DNA of 64,000 nucleotides from Octopus sinensis (lineage: Eukaryota), in assembly GCF_006345805.1 (NCBI RefSeq), contig NC_043001.1:82646001-82710000 (forward strand). The letters are read 5' to 3'. Shown here piece after piece: positions 13,826 through 30,590 of this stretch; within the stretch, counting starts at the first letter, position 1; every line of letters starts with the position of its first letter. The notes under the pieces are model-generated. The model saw nothing but the letters and a program-made list of their open reading frames with translations, was not told the DNA's origin and ran no database searches. The translations under genes were made by a program, and so were the position numbers.

Positions 13826-14084
13826 TAGTTATACAGATATCTAAACACACATATATGAGTATGTGTATATCTGCATATATCTATGTGTATATGTGTGGGT
13901 ATATGTATATATATGTGTGTGTATGCACTTCATATATTGAGTACTTTGTCCTTCCGCTTGTAAATTCAAACACACTTCTACTCCTACTTACAGTTTGTTT
14001 GGAAAGCGGAAACGCCGAATTCAAATACTTCACTAGCACTTTGTTGGATGTTTCTAACATGAAAATGTGTGTATATGCGTGTGT

Positions 14085-14147
<63 letters not shown>

Positions 14148-14191
14148 CGTATATACACACACAGAGTATTTGTAAACGATATAGGAATGAA

Positions 14192-14870
14192 TTAGGCTGT
14201 CGAGAATGTTCTTGCGGTTTTTAACCTTTAAATTCAGATGCACATATCTCGGCTCAAACAAAACTTTATTAATCGAAATAAATACCATCAGAATCAACAC
14301 ACTTTTGCCAACGCGAAACAAGTTTATTTATGCCAGTAGCGTAAAAATCCTGCGTTCTGGTGGCGATGAAGTCGTTGAAGGCGTGTTTGGCATCGTCTTG
14401 ATTTTGAAGCATTTCTCATGCAGGAAGTTGTCAAGATGCCTGAAAAATCGATAGTCGGTAGGCGAGAGATCTGGTGAGTATGGCGGATGACGCAGAGTTT
14501 CGTAGCCCAATTCGTTCAACTTCTGCAGGGTCAGCTGTGCGACGTGCGGCCGAGCGTTGTCGTGGAGAAGAATTGGTCCTTTTCTATTGACCAATGCTGG
14601 CTATTGTCGCAGATTTTTATGCATTTCATCCATTTGCTGACAGTACTTCTCTGCTGTAATGGTTTCGCCTGGATCCAAAAAGCTGTAATGGATGAGACCG
14701 GCCGCAGATCACCAAACAATATCTTTCCAATCTCCTTTAAGTGGTTGGAAATTGTTGTATACGTTACGTCTAATTCAGAAGCAAGCAGCTCTCGAACAGT
14801 TGTGCGTGGATTGGCTTCAACTAAGGCTCTTTGATGTTTCGAATCTACGCTTTTCGACTGAGATTGAGAG
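14192..14870 (-). mobile_element. Hsmar1/cecropia-like mariner remnant, 5'-truncated with internal deletion
   Basis: NRKGPILLHDNARPH, HPPYSPDLSPTDYRFF and NPRTTVRELLASEL; TIR-like ttaggctgtcgagaatgttcttgcggtttt at 14192. Confidence 0.9.
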
Positions 14871-14981
14871 GTAAAAAAAAAATGGAGAGAGAACACTAAA
14901 AACCGGAGAGAGAAAAAATGTGTAGGGATTTATACATACATACATACATACATACATGCATACATAGATACATATATACAT

Positions 14982-15015
<34 letters not shown>

Positions 15016-15144
15016 GCACACACATTCACACACACATACATACATACATACATACATACATGCATGCATACATACATACATACATACATACATACATACA
15101 TACATACATACATACATACATACATACATAATACATATATAGAT

Positions 15145-15306
15145 AGGCGCAGGAGTAGCTGTGTGGTAAGTAGCTTGCTTACCAACCGCATGGTTCCGGG
15201 TTCAGTCCCACTGCCAGGCACCTTCGACAAGTGTCTTCTACTATAGCCTCGGGCCGACCAAAGCCTTGTGAATGGATTTGGTAGACGGAAACTGAAAGAA
15301 GTATAT

Positions 15307-15349
<43 letters not shown>

Positions 15350-15562
15350 TGTGTCTGTGATGACCCCCCTCCCACCATCGTTTGACAACCGATGCTGATG
15401 TGTTTACGTCGCCGTAACTTAGCGGTTCGGCAAAAAGAGACCGATAGAATAAGTACTAGGCTTACAAAGAATAAGTTCTGGGGTCGATTTGTTCGACTAA
15501 AGGCACTGCTCCAGGATGGTCGCAGTCAAATTGACTGAGACAAATAAAAGAGTAAGAGAGTA
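15145..15562 (+). mobile_element. SINE family A, full length
   Basis: A box tagctgtgtgg, B box ggttcagtccc, internal (GT)n, tail aaataaaagagtaagagag. Confidence 0.95.
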
Positions 15563-15614
15563 TACATACATATCTTTATGCAAAACCGGGCATATCATTT
15601 TTCTTTTCAATTAC

Positions 15615-16100
15615 ATACAGGTCGTTCAAACTGCGCGTTTTGGCAGATTAACACTTGGTTGGGCTATTGCTGACGGGGAGTGGGGAGGCAGGGGTGATTT
15701 TATTCTCCCTGATTTTGTGGAACGTTGTCGTACCGTGAACACATGGGCCATACATCGGAACATTCAAAAACTTGGAAAAACTACTAAAAGGAAATGCCTG
15801 AACCAGAACCCGAAAACGATCCATTTTGAAATGAGCGACCGCACACATTTTTGGCAACAAATCAAGCAATTAGCAATTCGGGCTGGTCAGTGATCATCCT
15901 TCAACTAAAGAGCCCGGATCTGGCGGCTCTCCAACTCCCAACAGTTCAATACTTTATGCTGCGTAAACTAATTATTTTTTTTATGTTAATACATAAAATA
16001 CCATTTTTAAAGACTGGCAGTAAACGGGAGCATGTTACAGATGAGGTGGCGAAAAGTGATGAAAGGATATTGACAAACCTAACTGAATAAATATTTGACC
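15615..16100 (+). mobile_element. Possible Tc1/mariner remnant
   Basis: Starts tacaggtcgttcaaactg; catccttcaactaaagagcccggatctggcg resembles the HPPYSPDLAP codons. Confidence 0.35.
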
Positions 16101-16113
16101 GAATGATAATTCA

Positions 16114-16168
<55 letters not shown>

Positions 16169-16329
16169 GGGGCTGCAATAAGGGTGGAGCACTTGCAGAA
16201 AACAGCACTGCTGGGAACCGCTCAAATTCTCCGGACGGTGCTCGAAAAATAAGGGGTGTTACCTTAGTTCACTAGTAGTGAACAGTTAACACCGTAGTAC
16301 ATCTCCAGCGTTAGAAGCTGTGCAAAGGC
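16169..16329 (+). mobile_element. 5'-truncated 3' end of a Dong/R4-type retrotransposon in (TAA)n
   Basis: Encodes LQKTALLGTAQILRTVLEK*, the R4-clade C-terminal motif; (TAA)n on both sides. Confidence 0.8.
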
Positions 16330-16406
<77 letters not shown>

Positions 16407-16420
16407 TGATAATAATAATA

Positions 16421-16485
<65 letters not shown>

Positions 16486-18167
16486 GGGAACACCGGGGAC
16501 GGAAGAGTGAACACCGGGGACGTTTAAGAGGTGAACACCGGGGACGTTTAAGATGTAAGAAGGGAAATACAGAGCTCCGAAATCTATCCACAAACATCGA
16601 AAACAAGGACACCCTATGGAGCCAAAGTTTTACTAATAAAGAATTGGACTATATCCGAGTAAGTAATACTAATTGAAATTTATTACTATTTTCGAAACGA
16701 AATGATGTATTTTGACTCGATATTATCTCCAGCTCTAACACAACACATGTAAACATGCGTGGAACAACACGATCATCCCCGACCTCAAACACCATGTACA
16801 AAGGAACTACGAAGAAATTAAATGCCACCGATACTATTCAACCCAAGAATAACAATCGAGCGGTACGTACATTAAACTTACAACAAAAAATGTACGAAAA
16901 ACTACACGTGCGAAATAATATGACAACAGAAATAAACGGACCGGTACCCTACGAAAATGACGACCGTCAAAATAATGGGCCGGACGCTGTACCTCATGTC
17001 CCGCAAATAAAACCCAAAAGACGTAAATGGACACGTGAGGAGTACATTTCTATCTTACACGCATACTTCACAGCAATGCTCTACCCAAAAAATGAAAATA
17101 CAACAACACATACATATAAAATATGGAAGGAAAATAATAGAGATATAGACTTGGATACAGCAATGAACCCTAATAAATTAGCTAACGTACGAAGATACAT
17201 TCTCAAAGCCAAAAAAATATCAGAAATAGAAATAGAACATTTAAAAGAAAAAATACACCAGGAAAATGTAGATAGAAGCCACACAACAATGCCCAATAAT
17301 AAACACTGAAACTGTAAAACACGAAGACAAACGCAACATTCCCAACAAACACGATGTAAACAACGAAGGGGAGCCTAATGATTATGATAATATAAAAAAT
17401 AAAATAATCAAAGAACTGAAAACCACAGAGCCCAAAATGGACCACCGACCATACCTCCCAAGAATAAAAATAAACGCAATAACAACACCAATTATAAACA
17501 ACATAAACCTAGCCGTCACTGAACTAGCCACTGAAACAAACAAAAATGATATCACTGAACTAAATGACTTGATATACGCAGCAGCCACTGCAGCCACAAA
17601 AGAAGCTGGATACTCACCCAAACCCGCCCAAACAGGAGTACCACCACCCAAACAAACCCTGTGGATAAATAACATCCAAAACAAAATAAAAAAATTAGAA
17701 AAGACCTGTCGATTCTTAATGAAATCAGCAAAAAAGCAACGCTACTGAGCAACAAAAAGAGAACAAAAATGCTCTGCAAATATAACATCACAGAAAAAGA
17801 TTTGCCGGAGATAAAAGAAAAGCTGAAGCAAGATATCCTTGCCAAAGCTCAAAGGATCCGCCGGTACGAGAAACGCCAACGCTTCTTTGAACAAAACAAA
17901 AAGTTCAACTCCAACCCCAAAAAGTTCTACCAAGAACTGGGAAAAAATAAAATAGAGGTCACTGCAGCACCAACGGCAGAACAATTGGAAGAATTCTGGA
18001 GAGAAATATGGTCGGCGAACGAACAGCCAAAAAAAAGGAGTATCAAGATAACAAACTCGGCATCTGAATAACTTTGGACCCCCATAACAACTGAAGAGGT
18101 CACCCAGGCACTGCAAAAACTAAGCAACTGGAAGGCACCTGGGCATGACAAGATCCCCAACTTCTGG

Positions 18168-18890
18168 TTGAAATATCTAACAGGAATGCACAAAAAGCTG
18201 GCTGAAAACTTTAACAGCATACTAGCAGAGCCAGAGACAATGCCTGAATGGCTCACGAAGGAGAAAACCATCTTAATTCCCAAATCAAATGAAACAACAA
18301 AACCAGAAAACTACAGACCAATGACCTGCCTCCCTACTATGTTCAAGGCATTTACTGCAGTGATATCGCAAAGGCTGAACAAGCACCTGGACGAAAGCAA
18401 ACTGTTCCCAGAAGAGCAGAAAGGATGCCGCAAAGGCTCATATGGCTGTAAAGATCAACTAATGATTAATAAAGCCGTAACTGAAGACAGCCACAGAAAG
18501 AAGAAAGGCCTCAGTATGGCCTGGATTGACTACAAAAAGGCGTTTGATAGCATCCCCCACACATGGATCCTCGAAACACTAGCCATTAACAAAGTAGCAC
18601 CAACAATCATAAAATTCATAGAGCACTCTATGAATAAATGGCAAACAGTCCTACACCTCCAAACAAAAGAGGGACTCATGAAAACCAAAGACATCCCCAT
18701 TAGAAGAGGAATATTCCAGGGAGACACGCTCTCTCCACTCCTTTTCTGCTTGGCACTGTCACCTCTATCTGATATGCTAAATAGAACTGGATGCGGATAT
18801 AAATGTTACGGCAAAACGATCAGCCACCTTTTATATATGGATGACCTAAAACTATACGCTGCAAATGACAAACAGCTGGAACACTATTAA
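18168..18890 (+). pseudogene. Reverse-transcriptase segment of the Dong/R4 element
   Basis: 240-aa ORF containing QGD and YMDD motifs, ending at a premature stop. Confidence 0.95.
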
Positions 18891-19795
18891 AGACAGTTCA
18901 TGGATTTACCAAAGAAATAGATATGAAATTTGGATTAGAAAAATGCGCCAAAGTAACCATGAAAAGAGGAAAACTAGTTAAGAGTAACAACATCACACTA
19001 GATAAAACCAATGAAATAAAAGAATTAGACCAACGCCAAACTTACAAATACTTAGGAATCCATGAACTAGATAAGACACAACACACACAAATGAAAGAAA
19101 ATAAAAAAAGAATATTATAGACGAGTTAGATCAATACTAAAAACAGAACTCAATGCTAAAAACAAGATAATAGGTATCAACACTTTAGCTGTCCCAGTTA
19201 TAAGTTACAGCTACAATATCCTTAACTGGACACGAAATGAACTGTCCAAAATAGATAGGAAAACAAGAAAATACTGACAGGATCTAGGATGCATCACCCA
19301 AATTCTGACATAGAAAGACTATATATACAACGTATAGAAGGTGGTAGAGGCCTTATACAGCTGGAAAACTACTATAAAATAACCACCATAGGACTGCAAA
19401 AATACCTACTTCAGAAGGAAGGAAAACTGATCCAGATAGCAGCAAAACACGAGCAAAACAAAAAACTGTTCTCAGTATTTAAGGAAGCTGACAAATACAA
19501 ACAAGAAATCATACCACCTCATAAACACAAAGAAGAAGAAGAAGATGATGAAGAAACAACAAAAGCTATAAAACAAATGAAATCCAAACTAAAAATAGAA
19601 CAGCAACGAGCCATGATAAAACGATGGCAAGAAAAGCCCCTTCATGGTAAATACTGCACTAAACTAAACGCAAAAGAAATAGACAAAGAAAAATCCCAGC
19701 AATGTTGAGAAGCTCAGGACTCAAAGCAGAAACAGGGATTTTTAATTGCAACACAAGACCAAAGCCTCCCCACCAGAAATTACCAAAAACATGTA

Positions 19796-20389
19796 ATGAA
19801 AAGAAATATTACAAGTAACTGCAGAATATGTGGAGATGGACAAGAAACAATAAATCATATTATCTCTAGCTGCCCAGTCCTGGCTAAGAAGGAATATATT
19901 CACAGACATGACAGAGTTGGAACCTATATACATTGGAAGCTATGCCAACATTATGGAATAACAACAGAAAAAAGATGGTATAGGCACACACCAGAAAAGG
20001 TCACAGAAAACGAGAAAGCAACCATACTCTGGGATATGCCGATACACACAGATAGAGAAATTAAGGCCAACAGACCAGATATAGTTGTCAGAGATCATGA
20101 TGAAAAAAAATGCTTTCTAATTGATGTATCAATACCGGCAGATGACAACGTGTCTCTAAAAGAAATGGAGAAAATCTCAAAATACAAAGACCTGGAAATA
20201 GAGATAACTAGAATGTGGAACCTGAAAACAGAAACAATTCCTATCATAGTAGGTGCATTAGGCATGATAAAAAAATATTCAGACAAATACATAACAAAAA
20301 CACCAGGACATACAAACACATATAACATACAGAAAATTGCACTACTAGGCACTGCACACATCCTACGCAGAACACTTTCCATACAATAA
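19796..20389 (+). pseudogene. CCHC zinc knuckle plus RLE endonuclease segment of the Dong/R4 element
   Basis: C-X2-C...H-X4-C, RHD, PD..D..K motifs; ends ALLGTAHILRRTLSIQ*. Confidence 0.95.
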
Positions 20390-20483
20390 CCATCAGAGCA
20401 TCACAACAAATCACAGCACATACCCAAGGCACACAGAGCTGCGCTCGGTAGAGATGTGAAAGCACGCTATAAAAATAAAACTA

Positions 20484-23450
<2,967 letters not shown>

Positions 23451-23510
23451 AGTGAGTGAGATAGCATGCGCAACACATAACAACAACAACAACCACAATA
23501 ATAATAATAA

Positions 23511-24655
23511 TGGTCCTAATCTAGTAAAGGCTGTTAATACTTGGGTAGTAGCGTTACTTAGATACTCAGCAGCTTTTGCAGATTGGACAAAATCTGAATT
23601 AGCAGAACTAGAAAGGAATTCAATATGAATGGAGGACTTCACCCAAGGGCAGGAGTAGCGAGATTATCCTTACGTAGAAAGGAAGATGGAAGAGGACTAA
23701 TATCAGTAGAAGACTGCGTGGAGTTAGCTAAAGCTTCCTATGTAGGTAATAGTGAAGAAAGTTTATTAAGAACTGCTAGAGTCACAGTAGGACATAAGAA
23801 AACCAAAAAGCCAAATTAAGTTAAAAACTAAGCAAAGAAGAAAAATTATCTGGCTGGCAAAAGAAGGCTTTGCATGGTAGATTACCAAAGATAGCTGCAG
23901 AAAATAGTAATTGTGAGACATGGTTATGACTGCAGAAAGGAAGACGGAAAAGAGAGACAGAAAGTCTGTTAGTAGCAGTACAAGATCAATCATTGAGGAC
24001 TAACTGGATAAAAGCTAAGATAGACAAAAATAGGTAGATTCCCAATGTAGGTTATGTAAATCAAAAGAGGAAAGTGTTTCTTGTATTGTAAGTGAATGTA
24101 GCACGCTGGCACAGAAAAAATACAAGAAAAAATATGACAGCCAAGGGAGAGTAATCCACTGAGAGTTATGTAAAAAGCTAGGATTTAACCATACTGATAA
24201 ATGATATGAACATGAACTTGGTAAAGTACAAGAGAGTAAGAAATATAAGTTGTTGTAGGACTTTAACATTCAGACAGACAGAGTAATAAAAGCTAGAAGG
24301 CCTGATTTAATAGAAGATAAAGAGAATAGAAAGTGCGAGATAATTGACTTTATATTTCCAAATGATGAGAAAGTTAATATGAGAAAAAGAGAGAAAATTG
24401 CAAAGTACCAGGACCTAGCCTTGAGTTATAGAGACTATGAAAAAAGTGTGGGTAAAATGTATATCTGTAGTTATAAGTGCATTAGAAACTATCCATGAAG
24501 ATTTGAATAGATGGATAGTGTTATTGGGGAACTGTTATTGGGGACAGCTAGAATATTTAGGTGGGTTCTTGGCATATAAGGTTACTTGTTGTAGCCCGAT
24601 GTGAGGAATTATTCTTTTCCAATAGTTTAATCTGTTGTGCGTATTCGAAATAATA
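23511..24655 (+). mobile_element. Third Dong/R4-clade element, 3' ~1.1 kb, decayed
   Basis: AVNTW, LHPRAGVARLSLRRKEDGRGLISVEDC, CRLC..EESV, RRPDL, KYQDL; follows a (CAA/TAA)n tract and ends in taataa. Confidence 0.88.
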
Positions 24656-25084
24656 ACTATAATAACAGTAATAGAAGTGAAACAGAATCAGTGCGTGTGT
24701 TCATTATTTGCTTAACGACCTTCGGAGATACAAAATATGTTTCAACATACGAGTTCACATCAAGAATTTTGCTAAGCAAATATAAATTCGAAACATTTCT
24801 GTAAATAGACTTTTTTTAGTTCACACACAAACCGCAACAAAATGCTGTAATTTGCAATATAGTTCGGCGCAAGTTGAAAACCGTTTGACTCCTGCTGTGT
24901 GGAACGTAAACAATTGTGCTAGAATAAAAACGAGTTTCGTTTTCACTAACGCTGTTTTTGATATGTGATATATTTGGGACCTCCATGAAAAGTCTTCAGA
25001 AACGGGAAAAAATTTGAATAAGAGAATGAAAGGAAGAACAAAAATAGAACCATCAAATACAAAACTAAATTCAAAATGGGTAAT

Positions 25085-25171
25085 ACTACTCCTCCTACTA
25101 CTACTACTACTACTATTACTACTACTACTACCATCACCACCACCACTACAACTACTACCACTACTACTACC

Positions 25172-25203
<32 letters not shown>

Positions 25204-25208
25204 AACTA

Positions 25209-25275
<67 letters not shown>
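25085..25275. repeat. (TAC/CAC/AAT)n trinucleotide tract
   Basis: Direct reading. Confidence 0.9.
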
Positions 25276-25276
<1 letters not shown>

Positions 25277-25490
25277 CCTTTCTACTATAGGCACAAGGCC
25301 TGAAATTTTGGTGGGAGAGGATAAGTCAATTACATCGACCTCAATGTTCGACTGGTACTTAATTTATCGACCTCGAAAGGATGAAACACAAAGCCGACCT
25401 CGGCGGGATTTGAACTTAGCGTGTAAAACCAGACGAAATACAGCTAAGTATTTTGTCCGGTGTGCTAACAACTCTGCCAGCTCGCAGCCT
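25273..25490 (-). mobile_element. SINE family B with tail 2, ending in (ATT)n
   Basis: cctttctactataggcacaaggcctgaaatttt...ggtacttaatttatcgacctcgaaaggatgaaa. Confidence 0.9.
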
Positions 25491-25509
25491 TATTAATAAT
25501 TGACTTTAC

Positions 25510-26135
25510 AGCCCCAAAAATGTTGATACGAGAGGTATAGAGAAACTAACAAAGTACCAGGATCTACTTATAAAGTTACAGAGGTTTTGGAAAGTCAGGG
25601 TAAAATGTATCCCTGTAGTTATAGGTACAGTAGGAACTATCCCTAAAGATTTGAACTGGTGGGTAGAGGAAATAGAGATAAAACATTATTATTAGGGACT
25701 GCTATGATATTTAAGAGTGGAGGCGCAATAGCCCAGTGGTTAGGGCAGCGGACTCGCAGTCGGAGGATCGCGCTTTCGATTCTCAGATTGTGTATGTTTA
25801 TTGAGCGAAAACAGCTAAAAAGCTCTACGAGGCTCCGGCAGGGAGCGGTGGCGACTCCTGTTGTACTCTTTTGCTACTCCTGTTGTACTCTTTCGCCACA
25901 ACTTTCTCTCACTCTCTCTTCCTGTTTCTTGAGTAATGCTGCAATGGACTGGCATCCCGTCCAGCTGCGGGAAACACATACGCCACAGAAACCGGGAAAC
26001 CGGGCCCATGAGCCTGGCTAGGCTTGAAAAGGGCGACGTTTACGTTTTAGGATATTTAAGGTTCTTGTCATGTAAGGTTACTTGTAGCCTGATGTTAGGA
26101 TTTTTTCCCTACATGTTGTGCGTATATGAAATTAT
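25510..26135 (+). mobile_element. Fourth Dong/R4 3' fragment (same family as 23511-24655), interrupted by a SINE
   Basis: KLTKYQDL...PVVIGTVGTIP; 3' UTR aaggttacttgtagcctgatgt matches 24582-24605. Confidence 0.8.
25716..26050 (+). mobile_element. SINE family D (tRNA-Arg-like head), full length with a 10-bp TSD
   Basis: ggaggcgcaatagcccagtggttagggcagcggactcgc; TSD gatatttaag at 25706-25715 and 26051-26060. Confidence 0.9.
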
Positions 26136-26549
26136 AATATTTTCTTTATTAGCCGCAAGGTTTCGAAGAGCTGTACAAAAATAGAAAGAAACGTTAAACA
26201 AGAGCCTCATTACGGCGTGTGGGTTGAGACAATCATTTTTCTAAGACGAGGAAGTGCGTGGCTTTTTATCGTGAAGAAAATGAAATTTGGTGGTTTGGTG
26301 TATATAGAGTAGCTTTGCTTTGTAAATGTGTCACGAAATATATATTTTGTTGCAGCAATATTGGAATGTTTTTGATACAATGTGGTATATTGTTTCATAA
26401 AATATGTCACACTGGTGATATTTGATCTCTCTCTGTTATATAAATGGAATTAGATATTAATTTCAGTTTACCTCGTAGTTTTTGTTTGGTGAATGTTACT
26501 GTTTCAGAATCATCATCATCATCACCACCACCACCACTACCACCGCCAC

Positions 26550-26587
<38 letters not shown>

Positions 26588-26632
26588 CCACCACCACCAC
26601 CACGACCAGTAGTAGTAGTAGTAGTGGTGGTG

Positions 26633-26790
26633 GTGGTGGTGATGGCTGTAATTAAGGCGGTGAGCTGGTAGAATCGTCACCGGAAAATGCTTTATGATGT
26701 TTGTTCTGACCGTTTACATTCTGAGTTCAAATACTGCTGAGGTCAACTTTGCTTTTCATCCTTTTGGGCTCGATAAAATAAAGTACCAGT
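26633..26790 (+). mobile_element. SINE family B, partial
   Basis: aaggcggtgagctggtagaatcg...ctgagttcaaatactgctgaggtcaactttgcttttcatcc. Confidence 0.8.
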
Positions 26791-26850
26791 CAAGTAATTA
26801 GAATGCTCGCTCTCTCTCACTCTCTCTCTCTCTCTCACTCTCTCTCTCTC

Positions 26851-26888
<38 letters not shown>

Positions 26889-27019
26889 GTCTCCTTTAAA
26901 TAACTGAGAATTTCACCTGGATTCGCCATTGCTTTGGTGTCTTTCCAGATGCCCAAGCCAACAGTCAACCTGAGAAAACCTTTTCACCCTCCCAGCAAAC
27001 ACGCCACACTTTAGCGTTT

Positions 27020-27895
27020 GAATCGCCTCTATGACTTTGGCCTCCGTGAGGTTAAACTTCGCTCCTAGATGCACTTCATGCTCACCAGAAGATTTTATCG
27101 TAACTGGATTTAGGAAATCAGCAAAGTATTCTCTTGTTTGTGTTCGGATAAATGGTACTAAGTCGAAATTTTTTTAACGTTGGTGTTGGATTTCGGCAGG
27201 GGTCTGTATTGTAACCTCTCCTCTTTTAATTCTTATAAAATAAGACATCCTCTCAAGAAAGTCTTTCCAGTGCACTCAGCGTATCAGTAGAACTTCACTG
27301 AAGCAAGTGGATAAGTTTAAGTAATTTGGGACCACATTCACAAGTGGTGGAATCAAGAGGCTGAATTGGATACTAGAATTGCAGGTGTTATTACAATAAT
27401 GCTCCCTATTCAGCATTCGATCGTAAGAGGAAGATCCTCAGAGGAGGAGAGTTTGCCATCTTCATTTCGGTTTTTGTGATTATACTCACTTATGGTCATG
27501 AATGTTAGGTAATGGCCGAAAGAGGACGATCGCGAATACAAGCGGTCGAAATGAAGTTCCTCATAGGGGTCTCTGGTGTAACGTTACTCGACAGGGTAAA
27601 GGCTTGGAAGTCAGGGAGTCTCTGAAAGTCGAGCCGGTATTTCTACACATTGAGAGGTTACAGCTCCGATGCTACGGACATATGATTGGAATGTCTCAGG
27701 AAAGAAATGCAAGGCAGTGTCTTCAATCCGAACCAACCGGCAGGAAACTTAGGGGTAGACCAAGAGCGAGTCGATTACATGATATCCATAATGTCAGTTG
27801 CTCTTTCTTGAGAATCCAACTGGAAAGTGTAATGGCGGTTGGTTCTCATAGAACCCTGTGGAGGAGGTGCTTGAGAAGTTGTATGAATAGGTAGA
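27020..27895 (+). mobile_element. RTE-clade LINE 3' fragment, decayed
   Basis: VRINGTKSK, GFRQGSVL, VDKFK.LG, LTYGHEC, IQAVEMKFL, LRCYGHM...GRKLRGRPR. Confidence 0.85.
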
Positions 27896-28061
27896 TGGAC
27901 ACATAATTTATACCATATTTATACTTTATCAAATATGTCGAAATATTTTTATATTAATTTCATTTTATCTACGAATACTATAGAATCATTTTCCAAAATG
28001 AACTAAGAATCTTCAAACAGTTATTAAGAAAACTAGTTATCAGAAAATATATTGATTTTAT

Positions 28062-28490
28062 AATTTGGTACAAGGCCAGCAATTTTGAGAGAACGGGCAC
28101 GTTGATTACATCGACCTCAGTGCTCACCTGGTACTTATTTTATGGACTCCGAAAGCATGAAAGGCAAAGTCGACCTCGGCAAGATTTGAATTCAGATCGT
28201 AAAGACGGGCGAAATGCCGCTAAGCATTTTACCCAGCGCTGTAACGATTCTGCCAGCTTACCGCTTTCCGAAATATTTTCATATCGGTTTCAAGGTTTTG
28301 GTATAAGACCAGCAATTTTGATGGAGGGGGTAAGTCGACTACATCGACCCCAGTGCTCAACTGGTACTCGTTTTATCGATACCGAAAAGCAAAGCCAACC
28401 TCGGCGGCATTTGTACTCAGAACATAAAGACGGACGAAATGCCGCCAAGCACTATGTTGGGCGCGGTAACGATCCTACTAGCTTACCGCC
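28062..28490 (-). mobile_element. Two tandem family B SINEs (28062-28265 and 28293-28490)
   Basis: gaaagcatgaaaggcaaagtcgacctcggc and caacctcggcggcatttg; each is followed on the + strand by the same ttccgaaatattttcatat flank. Confidence 0.85.
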
Positions 28491-29069
28491 TTCCGAAATA
28501 TTTTCATATTGATTTCATTTTATCAACGGAAACTTTAGTTTCATTTTCCAAAATAAGCTACTGAAAATCCTCAAATAGTTTTTAAGAAAGCTACTTATCA
28601 GAAAAAATATTAAGCATAAATGTAGAAGCACATGTTGCTAAAATTAGTGTAAATCTACGGTTTCTTTTCTTCTTCTTCGCTCTGATAGCTTATCCTATGA
28701 TTATCAACAGGATATACAATCTCCTCGAAGATACGTCTCATCTAAGTTATCAGTATTGAACATATAGTTTTTAATTACGTATGGTAAATACAATTTTAAT
28801 CACCAGATATAGCATATATACACAGTTAAGTCTGGAGCATTAAGTAATTCCAACAAAAGTAAAAATACAGCAAAATAAACAAAGATTCATGGACATCTCT
28901 ATCAGGGAAGCCATTAATACAGGTTGCTTTTGCATAGGTAAACTGCACTAAAACAGGAAGCTTGATTTTTCCTCACCGGAAACTAGGCTTTAATATATCA
29001 ATAGTTATGGCTACAGATAGCTGTGTAAATATTGTAAACAAGTATGAAACATTGAAATGCAGGGAAAAG

Positions 29070-29110
29070 GGTTCTGAGTGAGTGTGTGTGTGTTGTGTGT
29101 GTGTGGTGTG

Positions 29111-29141
<31 letters not shown>

Positions 29142-30087
29142 TGTGTGTGTGTGTGCGCGTCTGTGCGCATGTGTTGGCGTATAAATGTGTACTACGGTAT
29201 GATAATGCATGAGCGAGTGTATCTGTGTGCGTGTGAGTCTCTGTGTGTGTCCCTGTGTATATGTGTGTGTGTGTGTGTGCGTGTGTCTGTGTGTACTTGC
29301 GTATAAATGGGTACGACGATATAATATAATGTATGAGCGATGTATTTGTGTATGTACCCATGTGTGTGTACGTGTGTGTGTGTACGTGTGTGTGTGTATG
29401 TGTTTGAGTACAAATGTGTGTGGCTGTATGATAATGTATGAGCGAGTGTAACTGCATGTGTGTGTGTGTATGTATGAATAAATGAAAGAGTGTGTATGCG
29501 ATGTGCGCGTATCTAGTTGTCTAAGTTTATGCATAAATTTATGTGTGTGAGCATGTATGTGTGTGAGCATGTATGTGTGTGAGCATGTATGTGTGTGAGC
29601 ATGTATGTGTGTATGATTAAGAGTATGACCAAATTTGTGTATGAGTGATTAGGCTATGCATGAGTGTATATGTCTGTATGTGTGTGTGTGAGTGAATGAG
29701 TGAGTGCCTAACAGTGAATGTGTATAAGTGTATGTGTGTGCCTATTTGTGTCTGAGTCAATTTGTGATAGTGTGTGTGCATGTCTCTTTGTGTATGTATG
29801 TAGTATGTATGTATGTATGTATGTATGTTGGTGTGTATATTTTTGTACGTGTCTATGTGCGTGTGTATGTATATCAGTGTGGCATTTGATCCGATGCACA
29901 TTTGAATGTATAATTTTGTGTGTGCGTGTACATGTGTATGTATGTGTGTGTGTGTGTACTGTATGTTGAGAGCGCGTGTGCGTCCGTGTGTGGTGTGTGT
30001 GCGTGTGCATATGTGTCTACGTGTATGTATGTGAGCCCTGTGAGCTTCGTATATGAGTTTGTGTCTGAGTATGTGAACATGTATACG

Positions 30088-30131
<44 letters not shown>

Positions 30132-30442
30132 CGTGCGCGCGCGTCTGTGTGTGTGTATTTATTTGTTCTCCCTGCACGGCTTGACAACCGGTGGTGGTTT
30201 GTTTTCGTCCCCGTGACTTAGCGGTTCTGCAAAGCACACTGGTAAAATAAGTACGAGGTTCAAATAAGAGTAAGTAATTGAGGTCAATTTGGTCGACTAA
30301 ACCCTTCGAGGCGGTGCTCCAGTAACTGTAACAAGTAAAAGATCTGAGATAATTGGAACGGATTTTATTAAAACTTTGCTGGAAGTAATAATAATTAATC
30401 ACCTAATTATTATTGTATCGTATGTGTGCTTGCGTGTGTGTG

Positions 30443-30522
<80 letters not shown>

Positions 30523-30590
30523 TGTGTGTGTATGTGTGTGTGTATGTGTGTGTGTGCGTGTGTACACACACATACATATATACTCAAATA
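29070..30590. repeat. Degenerate (TG)n/(TA)n mosaic
   Basis: Direct reading. Confidence 0.9.
30165..30345 (+). mobile_element. SINE family A, 3' half
   Basis: cttgacaaccggtggtgg...ccccgtgacttagcggttctgcaaag...gcggtgctccag. Confidence 0.8.
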
